A DNA stretch of 64,000 bases from NCBI RefSeq assembly GCF_018977255.1, contig NW_024704742.1, positions 35,094,001 to 35,158,000 on the forward strand, written 5' to 3'. This document shows, piece after piece, positions 11,901 to 23,900 of the stretch (the stretch's first letter is position 1; every line of letters begins with the position of its first letter). The notes beneath the pieces were generated by a model. The model saw only the letters and a program-made list of their open reading frames with translations. It ran no database searches and was not told the origin of the DNA. The DNA is from Callorhinchus milii (lineage: Eukaryota). Made by a program: the position numbers and the translations under genes.

Positions 11901-14900
11901 GGTTAAATCTAGTGCATGGTTTAGTAGGTTCTAGTGCCAAGAATGGTTCACAAAGAATACACACTCCCTTTGTATATTTTTGCAAAAATAGACCAAGTGG
12001 GGCTCAGCTGTAGTTACTAAAAGATGATTTATCTCTGCTTATAATGTGTTGTATTATACTGGGAACAATGAAGTCTGACTGAGACCTTTTGATCTAATCC
12101 AACTTAATTACTTTAATTTGCTCAAATGGGCTATCAGCAATGCGGGCCAGTGCAATTTTTTCAGTGTCACCTGTAGTTTCTATGGTCTATATAGTCGGTG
12201 CATGTTGTGGAAGTAATTATGTTCTGTCCTTTCCATCAGGGTTTGTGATGGTTATTTATGTGTGTATTTGAATGGTTTATACAGCAAAACTTTCTTTTGG
12301 ACACCATTTACGCCATTCCAAGTACCAATCCTTCATTTTGAAGAGTTCTAAGTGTTGCATTGAAATGCGATTAGCACTTTATTAAAAGCAGTAGTATGAG
12401 TGTGTTGAGATGATGAATTAGATCTTTTAACAAAGAATCACTATTCTTGTTAACCTGAAATACCAGTCTGAAGTTTAATGTTCTATAATTTCCTTTTGAA
12501 TAGCCTGGAACTATTCGAGGAACTATCTGTGATTACACTTGCTTCAACCCAGGCAAAGATGCTGATCTTCTTCGTAAAGCTCTGGTAGGATTAGGTAAGA
12601 GTACACTACATCTGGGTGTGATTTTGAAACCCCTCTCTTTCTTTATTCCTTACTTCAGATGTTGACCACTATAAATTTGTGTGTAGGCTTTTTTTTAGTA
12701 ATCATGAATATTTTTTGTTAAAATGCACATTATTAATATTGTGAAATATTTACACAAATTTATCATGCCAAAAAAACTTCTGTTAACATTCTTCCATTCA
12801 TTATAATTTTTTATGCTGCTCTTTAAAAATGAGGCAATTTATCATGGGGTCTAGTTGCCCCTGCCTTGTCAGCTGAAATGAGTATTGAAGCCTGATCTGT
12901 CCTCAACTTGAAACTTATATGTGCATTCTGTGTATTGGTCACTAATGATGAAGAAAATGAACTCTGGCTTGTATTCCACCCCCATCCCCACCCACTTCCA
13001 TAATGTAAATATGTTGAGGGTAATTGTAATGCTCCACTTCCATCCATGCCACATCAAATGACTGCATAGTTGAAAGATTGAAGCAGGATTCTCTGGATCA
13101 AAGACTGGGTATGTTGCTAGGCTCCAAGATCTTGATCTCGGGACTTAGCAATGCACCTAGCAGTGCATTTGTCATTGTGGTTGGGAGGAGGCTATGGCCA
13201 ACAAGCTTTTTGTTTTATGTAGTCTCCAGAACTTATGCCCCAGTATTGAGAATCTGCCAAGCATTCTCTTCCCTTTGACGTTGCTAGACATTTTCTACAA
13301 ATTATATCTACAGTTTTACTAATATTGATGTGTTGTAGGCCAGCACATTATAAATTTAGTTTTTACTTCTTACTAACTGAAGCAACACGACCCTGTGTTG
13401 AAACCTGTGGCTCTGAGCTTTCCAGACTCCATATTTTAGTGCAGCTTCCTGATCATTTATGGTTAACTGATGAAAGTGTTTAATGCTTTTAACAGCACTT
13501 GTACAATTATTTTTGCACACAATAAAAAAAATCTCACTTACATTTATAGGCAAAGATCATTAGAAATTGTGAACAGTTAAAGATTTTAGCCATATTTTGA
13601 AAGTAGCATCTGGGGAGGAAGACGGTCATCATATGTGAGTTGTAAGTGACCAAATATACAGCAGATATAGAACTACAGTTGGTCTGTTCCATGTAGGACT
13701 ACGAACAAATAGTTGATTGGCTCAGCAACGGAATGAATGTTCCATTCAAATTGTCCAGTGGAAATATCGCAGCTGGACAACGAGCAGATAGCCCCAATTC
13801 TGAAGGGCTTTACACAATTCAGGAAAAATTCAGAAACTTAATGAGGATGGGAAAGTGAACCCAGGTATCCAAATTAAGAGTATTTGAAATTTGTAGGATC
13901 AAGGGGAAGAAATGTGTTCTTATATACAATATCAATATATACAATGGGCAGGATGGATCTTGCTCTGTCCAGCCAAGAGACTCTGTATTGTAGTCTAGGA
14001 ATATTTGTTTTACACAAACTTGTCAAACTTGTTTATTTCCGAACCAGGAAAGCTCAAAAAAGAGACCTAACTACTGAATAAAGGCCACTGCATTGCTAAA
14101 TAATTGATTTTAAAACTAAATACTGGGTAGGTAGATACTGTATACTGTCTGCGCACAATTTCTCATCACATGACACTCTATGGAGAGTGATTAATAATAT
14201 GGAATAAACCTTGTGTACAACAAAGGAGCCTTCCTCATTTAATATCAGCCAACATTGAAATATTGGTGCAGAATTCAGTCTCCACAGAGAAGCTCCAAGG
14301 CTGACGATTCCCATTTTCTGTTTTATTTTAACATTTTAGGAACCGATGAGCAAGCAATCATTGACATCCTGACACACAGATCCAATGCTCAACGCCAACA
14401 GATTGCTAAAGAATATAAAAGTACCTGTGGAAATGTATGTATTTAGATGATGCTGTTTAAATGTGCTGGATATGTAGATTGCAACTATATAGTTTACCTG
14501 CTCTTGTTTTTGGCCATACATGATACTTGTCATGACATGGTGAATGCAGAATGCATATCTTTGTACGTCTTGTGTTCTAGGTGTATGTTCATGCTGTGTA
14601 TGAATCTAATAGACCAACTTTTGTCAAGATATTTCCCTCTGTTGTCTATGCTAGATGACCTGCTTCCAAACCTCTGCCTTGTGTTGTGCCTTTTACATTG
14701 ACTCAACTATTTGAAAGTATTTGATGCTAGTTTACTGCGGAGTTAGCTAATCTCAATTGGGTCAGCAGCTACAGTTGTGTTGTAATTGACCTAAATGCTC
14801 CTGTGTTTGGGAACCCCCTGAAAATAGTAACACTCAATTATAATACTTCTCTCCCCACCAGTCATTATTCTTGCTGATATCATTTATTTTCAAAACTAGC

Positions 14901-17900
14901 AAATGAAGTAGTTGCTCTTCTCATCTTCTTGGGTGTATATAGTGTTACTATTCAATTACAAAGATCTTGTGACAGACATAAGCCTGTACCAGCTGTGAGG
15001 GGAGAAATAGCATATCTGTGGTACAACAAGGGCATATTTACACTTCTTAAGTGACAATGCCACAATAAAGATGGAAAATAGAACCCGTTCATGTTGACAG
15101 ACATTTTTTTAAAACAAATTACGAGAGAGTTTTGTTTTCTAAAGAGGTCAAATGTAAGGCTGAATGGTTACGTGATGCATCCATTAACCAAAAGTTTGCA
15201 TGAAGTTAGCCTACTGTAACTGAAGATCATGTTTAAGCGCTTGAAATCGGAAGCTTCTGATTCATAAAAGAACCATGAAAGCTTGTCGCTGAAACAAATT
15301 ATAGCTGTGAAAAGAAGCCGATCATCTGTGTCTTGCATTGTAGCGACCCTTTGTCTTAAACAAAATAAAAGTTTATCTTATCTTCATTATATTTTAATCA
15401 GCTGACGTGTGTTTCTGTTACAGGAACTAATCGCTGACTTACAAAATGACCTCTCTGGTGATTTTAGACAGGCAATCACTGCTCTGATGGAGTACCCAGC
15501 AGTGTATGATGCAAAAGTACTGAGAAAAGCGATTCAGGTGAGTTCCATCAGTGTTGCCTTACAGGCTTGTCAGCTTATCAAAAAAAATGAAAACTCTGTG
15601 TTTCATACATCATAAACACACTTGGAACTTGTGAATTACATGAGTCACCATGAAATTCAGTTAATCATGTTCAACTTTCTTATAAATAGAACATTTTGAT
15701 CAAATTGTGCTGTTTTAATTCATCATTGAATCTGAGATAGCACCATAATGTTGTTGTATCAAAGCATGGTCCTACAATCATCTTATGTGGGGTATTATTG
15801 GCTAGAAGATTGGGAAAAACGTCAGTGTTCATGTGATTGTTATTGTTCACCCAAGCAGATAGATGCAACTGGTCTCCTGCTCATCCAAAGGATAGAACCT
15901 CTGCAGCAGTCCTCTGGTAGTGAATGTCAGTCTAGGACTGAGCTCAATGTCCTGACATGGGGATTGAAACATCCATAAACCACTGAGCCAGAAATAAGAA
16001 TGCTGACATCTCCTGGCAAGAGTGTCCTGGCCAACAATCCCCCAAAATAAAATTGGTCACTCACTCCTTGCCACTCCGTGGGACATTGCTGTGTGTAATT
16101 GGCTGCCACGTTTTGCCCACAAAAGTATACAATCAATCCACTTTATTGTAAATCATGTGAAGCGCATTGAGATGTCTCAACGACATGATAAGGTTCTATA
16201 TCAAATACAAGGATTCATTAATATTATCTATTTTGATGCTGGTTGCACTGAGCATTGCTTGCAGTCCAGCTGCAATCTTTATATTCAAAACTCTTGGGAT
16301 ATCCATTTTTGTTCCATACATGTATACATGAAATCTTATGAAAATGTTCTGATCACTCACTGTCTTATTCTGTAATGGTATTAGAGAAAGCTGGGAGCAG
16401 CACCTGAATTCAGCTAATTTTGCTTTCATCCTATTCCTTCTGACCTGCTGCTGCTAAAGTAAGTGCATCAGAAAAAACATGTTTTTATGAACGTACATAA
16501 TTATGCTTGCATCACCTGAGAATGGCTACAGTGACTACCATGTCCAGTGAAGTATCCAGTAGCTGAAGAGGTTCAATTGCAGGTGTCTCAAGGTAGATTA
16601 GTATATTTTTAATGGCCAACCACTGAAAACAGGAGTGAAGTTGCTGTGAGGCCTGTACTGTAAAAGTGATACAAAACTGTGTGTGTAGGGTGGTGGGGGA
16701 GTTCCCCTCTCTCCCCTTCTCCAAGGGTAGAGTTCAATAGGCACAGGTTACATTTGACTATACAGCCAATGACTACTATTCATACTTTGAGCATTGACAG
16801 ATAATGTTGGAAGATGTGCCAGTTTGGGGGAATTATATCTATCCTTGTCTTTTCTTGCTTCCTCTGCCTGCCCCAGGATGCTAACCCTAAACTTCACTTC
16901 TGGTAAAGATTTAGTGCTAAAATAATCCAAAACCTTTCTCTGATTTTTTTTTCTTCTTCTTAGGGAGCTGGTACAGATGAAGGTTTGCTAACTGAAATTC
17001 TTGTTTCAAGAAACAACCAACAGATAAGAGAAATAAAGGAAGCCTACCAAGCAGGTATTGTGCATTATTCTACAGACCCCAGATATAATGTTTGAGACCA
17101 TTTTCTCCAGGATCAGCTTCATAAGACGTTCAGACTTGAAAATTCATTTAGAACTTCTGTCTGTGTTCAAAGTGCTTTGTTTCTTCAGATTCTTTTCGCA
17201 TTTTTTGTGTCAAAATAAAGCTCTCTCCTTTCCCAAAACATTTTTTTTTTAAAAATTGCCTTTGCATAACGGTATTTTTCCTGTTAAGAGTCCCTCGCAT
17301 AACTGCTTTGACTTGCAAAGTTGAGGACCCAGGGTCGTGAAATGCAATTTCAGAACGGACTCGAGCGAGCATTTATTAATCACTGGAATGGGTTTCGAGG
17401 AAGAGTGATTGAGGCCAGAATCCTGGACTCATTTAAAAAATCACTTGATGTTACTGTGGGTAGGTAGTAGGGTTGAAATAGTGTTCTGTACTGTACTATT
17501 CTTTTTTTCAATCTTACTTGAATCCAAATGAATCTCAGCGCAAAGATCACTGAAGGATGAAATATTCCAAACCTTCTTTAATTTTTCTCCCTCTTTTCCA
17601 ATATTTCAACATTTCTCTTAATTTTGCTTCTCTTTTAGCTTTCAAGTGGCAAAGTGATTTTTTAAAAAAAATCCTGTTCAATGGGAGTAATGGTCACATT
17701 TTCTTTGTAAATATTTTCTAGAATATAAAGATGACTTGGTAAAGGATATTGCCTCAGACGTTTCAGGGGATTTTAAAAGAGCTGTGATCACCTTGCTAGA
17801 GGTATGTGTCTAATTCATTAAATGTAGTTTACTACAATACAGTTTTAAAGTTATTATTCCTATACCATTCCTTATTGAAAACATCTTATACATTTAATGC

Positions 17901-20900
17901 AAATGTGCCCGTTTCAGTGAAAATAAATTCCGCATGATTAGAGAACTTAGCTTGATTCAGGATATGTTAGTCAAGACTGGAAATGGGAACTAAGGGTGCA
18001 CAAAAATCAAGTTTTTTTATGATTCTTCGTTTCAGTCAACAATTTACATTTAATAATAATAATAATAATCCTTGCATTTGATATAGTGCTTTTCACATTT
18101 TCTAAATGTTTCAAAGCTTTTCACAGAATATATTGTAAAGTGAATTGACTGTATATTTGTGGGCGAAACGCCAATTGTGCACAGCAGTGTCCCACAAACA
18201 TTCGTGGATTGAAAATGACCAATTTATTTGTTTTGTTTTGGAGGGATTATTATCAGGCGTGTGGAGTAAAGAAATTTGCCCAAGGTTTCGCCCTGCCTGG
18301 AATTGAACCCAGGTGTCTCGCTTGCAAGGCAGGTGCTCTAACCACTGAGCTACAGGACTTCACATTTATGTAGCACCTTATATTGGAAAGTCTTCTCAAA
18401 GCATTTTGCTGTTAAATGTTAGCCAAGCTTGAGGGAGGAGGTGGGAGCAGGAAGAGGAGGAAGGTGACTGAAAGCACGATGGAAAAGATAGGTCTTAAGG
18501 TGGGCTTTGAAGACGAGGAATAAACTGATCATGTATATTCTCATTTGCAATGGGATGACAATTGTTTAACAGTTTTAAAGTGTTCTCAAATAATCTGTTT
18601 AAAATTAGCAATATCCAGCTCAATATTAGACTGGCTGAATCATCCAGCTCCCACCTGACTTGAGTTCAGTGGTTGTGTGTGAAGGCAGTCTGACAATGTC
18701 AATGCTGCTATTGCCACTACTGCTACCAATTATTATTTCTGTGATGGAGCGTAATGTTTCATTACCGTTTCTCAAGACACTGACTTCACTCAATGCAACT
18801 TAAACCAGCAACCTGTGAAACATTACAGGCAGCAATGAAAATGTTGAAATCTTCAGGTCAAGTTATTCTATCAAAATTGGGAAGAGTGGGGTAGTCTTCA
18901 GTATCTTAGCAGATTTGATAATGCATTACAAATGTCATCCCAGAATTTCTCAACAGATTTCTTAATGTTTAAATCATCAACTTTCTGCAAACACACAGTT
19001 TATAAAAGTAATTGACTTTGCATTTGATGTATTGCCTCATCACTTTGTTGAGATGTCTTAATGCGCTTCAAAGGAGATACTGTAAAGCGTGTATATTTAC
19101 TGTGTGTATTTTGTGGGTGAATGTGGGGCATATTTGGCAAATTTACCAGGAGAATCCCTCTTCTCCTTTCAAATAGTGTCATGGGATCTTTAACGTTTAT
19201 CTCAATAGGCAAACGGAACTTTCATTTAACATCCCATCTGAATGAATGCAGCACATCCCCTATACTGCATTGGAGTGTCAACCTAGACATCTGTGTTCAA
19301 AGTCCCAACATTGGACTTCTAACACTCAACCTTTTGACTCGAAGATGACCCAGGCTTTGTTCAGCAAATAGTTTATACATACACTTAGGAACATCCATTG
19401 TTCAATGTCAAATTTGTCCTGAGTTTCCTAAAGCACTGCTATGATTAGTTGGGATTACTCTGGATTTCCACTGTGATATCTTTTATAATCTTTGCATTTC
19501 ATATAGCATTTTAGCACATCATTTTGTGGGCAAAACGCAGTAGCCCAATTGCACACAGCAGTGTCCCACAAACAGTTGTGGAGTGAGTAACCATATTATT
19601 ATTATATGAGATGTTAAACCAAAATCCTATTTGCCTGTTCCCAGGTGGATAATTAAAGATTCTGTGGTGCCATTCAAAAAGAAAAGGGTGTTTCTTCCAG
19701 CATCCAAGCCCAAGCAATCTTCCAAATTAATACGTCATTCACCTCACAGTCATGTGTCGGCATTGCTGTGTCTAAAGTATCTGCGGTATATGCCTACCTA
19801 CATATAAATGCAGTTTATATTTGTCTATACCTGCTGTAAAAAAAATTGAGACATTGACACTGTAAAAATGCAAGTTCTTTATCAATGGAATAGAGTCCTG
19901 CTCCTGAGTGCTGTTTAGTGACCTCTGCTGGATGTATAATTCTGTAGATCTCTTGAGGGAATATCTGGGATTGCTTTGCTGACTTTTTCCCCCGTCCAAT
20001 CACCATAATTGATGATCACTTGGGTGTGGTACCAAAGGGTGTCTGTGGAATAGGTGTTGGGAACATTTTGGAGGTTGGAGGGGGAGGGGAAATTGTGTTT
20101 AATCAAGTGCTGGCTCTGCCTCAATTATTATTTTCATAATTTTCCTACCGTTGTGTATACTTTGGATTAAATGTTGCAAAATAACTACAATACCTCTAAT
20201 TGTTCTATTTACTCCCAGGCTAGAAGGGATGAAAACTGTCCAGTTGTGGATGAAAAGCTGGTTAGGAATGATGCACAGGTATTGCTTTAACAAATCANTT
20301 TTTGATGACTATTAATTGTTTCTGCATGTTTGCTATCCTACTGAAGGAAAATGAAAATGTGCTGTGCTCGTAAGGTTACCTAGAATAGTTGCATGTGAAA
20401 TGTGGCCAAACAATTATTCTAAACAATTATTCTAAACAATTATTACTGAAGTAAGGTTGTGAAAGTGCTGCTTAAAATGATCTGTGATGCCCACAGGGTA
20501 AATGTTTCAATAGGAATTAAACTTGAATGTATTTGTCCTAAATTGTTTTATCAATAACAGCTAAGGCTGTGGAAACCAAATGGGACTCGCTTTAATAACT
20601 ACAACAAGATAGTGTGCCAATTTGTTTACACTGGTTCAGCAATGGGTAATTTGAGATGATGCTTAGCCAAAATATTTGAATCTAAAACTGACACTATCTT
20701 TTCCTCATCCAAATGTCTAAATATTTTTCTCAATCACTGTACAAGTTACTGGCTCCTGATTTTAATTCCCTCCTTCACCACTAATAGTTGCAGTTTAAGT
20801 CATATTTACAATAAGAAGCTATGGAGTAGAATATAATCTTCGAAGCTGGGTTAGAATTGGGGTCATGGTGTGGGGAGACAATGCTCTTGTATGATATGGT

Positions 20901-23900
20901 CTCACTATATCATGCCCACATCATTTGGCTATTAATATAAAACCTGACCGTGCAACCACTTCCTACTGGCAGATTCCAAACCGCGATCTGCAGGTTCACA
21001 TATGAATATTTGAACAGCAAAGGGGATACACTTTGGCGGATGGCTAGGGCTAGAGGGAGTTCAGCTTTCATCCTTGCTGCGCAGATTCCATGTCAGCAAT
21101 AAGCACAGCTGCCCCTCCGCACTGTGCAGACTCTGATGGACCTCAGTCTACCTGGTGCGGAGGGTGGGGGCGGCCATCTTTGAAGCTGGCACGGAGCCTA
21201 CCCAATAAGAAGGAGGGAGGGGAGGTTGCCATTAACACTGGCACGGAGGCTGTGCTTGATCACTCAACCTCCCCAAACAATATTTTTTATCTGCTGCCTA
21301 TGGGGATATTTTCAGGCAGAGGGCAGCATTTTCTTAGTTACTTGAGCTTATGAGACATTTTACAACACTGACATCTGACCTTGCAAATAAACCTAAAGGG
21401 CCTTCTTTTCTTTATCATCTTCACTCCGATGACTTTTCTCTTCCTCTCATTCCTTTCCTATCATTCGTCATTTATTTTGTTCTCCTTGTTGTACACATGG
21501 AAATGTAGAATCCTAGAAATGTTCACCACAGAAGGCCATCATTAGCTCACCATATCTGTGATATCTCTCTATTAGAACTATGCGTTTAGTCCCATAAACA
21601 TTTTTTTTCAAAAGTATGTCTAATTCCCTTCTCAAAGTTATTCTAGATTCTGCTGTTTTGAAAGGACAATGCAGTGCTAACGTGTATGTGAAATTTATGT
21701 TGTCTCGTTACCGACTCTCAACCAATGTAAATAATTCTCTCTATTTACTCCATTTAAAATCCTCCTCATGATTTCAAAAACCTGCCATCAGACCTCCTCT
21801 TAAACCTTCTCTGCTCTAACGAAAACTGATCGGGTTTATCTAATTTCTCCTCGTAAGTAACTCCTGTGTTTTGTAATTGTCTTGTACACTCTAGGCTCTT
21901 CACAAGGCTGGTGAGAAGCAGTTAGGGACAGATGAAGACAAGTTCATTGACATTTTGTGCTCCAGGAGCATTCCTCATCTACAAGCCAGTAAGAAGGTCC
22001 TTTTAAATAGTTTTCCTGTCTCCCCTCCACCCCCCACCCAGGTTTACTAGATAAAGACTTAAACTTATTTGCATTTCTTTTTAGCTTTTGAAACATACAA
22101 GATCATAAGTAACAAAGATCTGGAGGAGAGTATTAAGAGTGAGATGTCTGGGGATCTGAGAAACTTCATGCTAACTATGGGTAAGTCCAAAGCTCAGAGT
22201 TTTTTTTCCTGTTTTGAAAGGCACTATATAAATATATTGTGTGATGGTGGAACATCAACCTGGATTCATTTACAAAAAAATCAGTCGATACTTCACCATG
22301 TCATCACATTGTGTAAGCATGGGCAATATTGTGTTATGACCAGTTGGCCATGTCCCAAACTCAAAACAAACATAGTTTGGATTTTCTTTGCCTTCCCCCA
22401 GTTCATGTGAGCAAAACCTTTTTGTTTGTATTTATGTTTTTTCTTGTTTGTAACGATAGAAATTTAAAGTAAATATTTAGAACAATGTATTCTGTTCACA
22501 GCTTAGTGACTCAACTAATTGAGCTTGGCTCCCAGTCATGTGTCCATGACTACGAGCCACTTGATTGTTTTCTCCCCTGAGCTTCAGTTGTGTGAGTTTG
22601 ATAAACTCTTGGCTGGGTTCTTGACTGGGGCATTAGATGTTCTGTCTTAAAGAAGAAAATAAACTGGCTTTGCTTTTTCATTGATGTTTTTTATTTGTTT
22701 TCTCAGTTCAGTATGCAAAGTCTGCACCAACCTTCTTTGCTAACAAAATTGTGAAAAGTGTAAAGGTAAGAGCTGAAATTCTGGCTGAAGAAACGTTGGG
22801 TCTAGTTGTTCACTCTTTACTCTCAAAGGTAGTTTTAACACTGAGCCTCAGTTTAACTTGATATAAAATGTTGCCATGTTCCTTTGAGCCTCTTCTTCAG
22901 ACTTAGTTTGTTTGCACAAAGAACAAAGTCTGCATGACATTTACTGAACCAAATATTGAACAGTTTTATTTGGATTATTTGCAGTTGCGCTAATGTAAAT
23001 AAAACAAATTAAAAACAAAAATAAATGTTTCCTTTCAAACTTTGGAGGATAAATGGTCTTCACTGAATATGTTCTGGGGAGAAATTAAGGTACCAATTCC
23101 CTAAGGGCAAAGTTATTAATAATCTTTTTGAAACTTTGAAGTAAATTGAGGCAAATGCTGCTCCTACACCCTCTCAGTTGTGTCTGGGTCAAGACAGCAG
23201 AAGTAATTTAAGTTTGGTTGGCATGACTTCCTGCACTGCATTAGAAATGTTTTTGTGACTGAATCCACTCATTAGCAGTACATTGCCGGCAGCTACACTA
23301 ATGAGGAGAAAACATGGCTTAATACCATTAAACATTAGTCACTTCAGCCAATAGCGCTAATGCTACTTGGCGATCAACAGTATAAATCCAATTTGTTGTT
23401 GTATTCTGTTTCACCCACAGAATACACAGTCAAACAACTTTACAGTATATTCTGTGAAACACTTTGAGATGTTGTGATAAGGTGCTATATCAAATGCAAT
23501 GATTAATATTAGTAGTAATATAAATGTCATCCTTCTCCTTAGATCATAAGTTCTGTGGTAAATGTTTACTGGACTCAGATTAATCTGTGGAAGATACTGA
23601 CCGTATTGTTTAAACAAAACTTTGCTTCTGTCAGCGGGGTGTCTGAATATGTGAAAACCCATGGTTATGCTTAAGAGCATCAAAACCAAGTATGCCACCA
23701 ATGCGTGCAATTTTCTGTATTTGGAATGGAATATGCACTCTCTTCCTTGGGAAACATGCTCTGCTTACCTAATTCCAAAGAGAATTAGATGTAGGTTGGC
23801 AAGAGCCAAGGTTTGGGGACCCAGAGTGCGTATTGAGGGTACACATTTAACCAGCTAAAACTGCATAGCTTGCCATTGAAAATGGTCTGGCAAGTTTCCC

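Noticed and set aside
20298..20298. Single N base 20 nt after an ANXA3 donor
   Set aside because: Assembly ambiguity in an intron; it does not affect the gene model.
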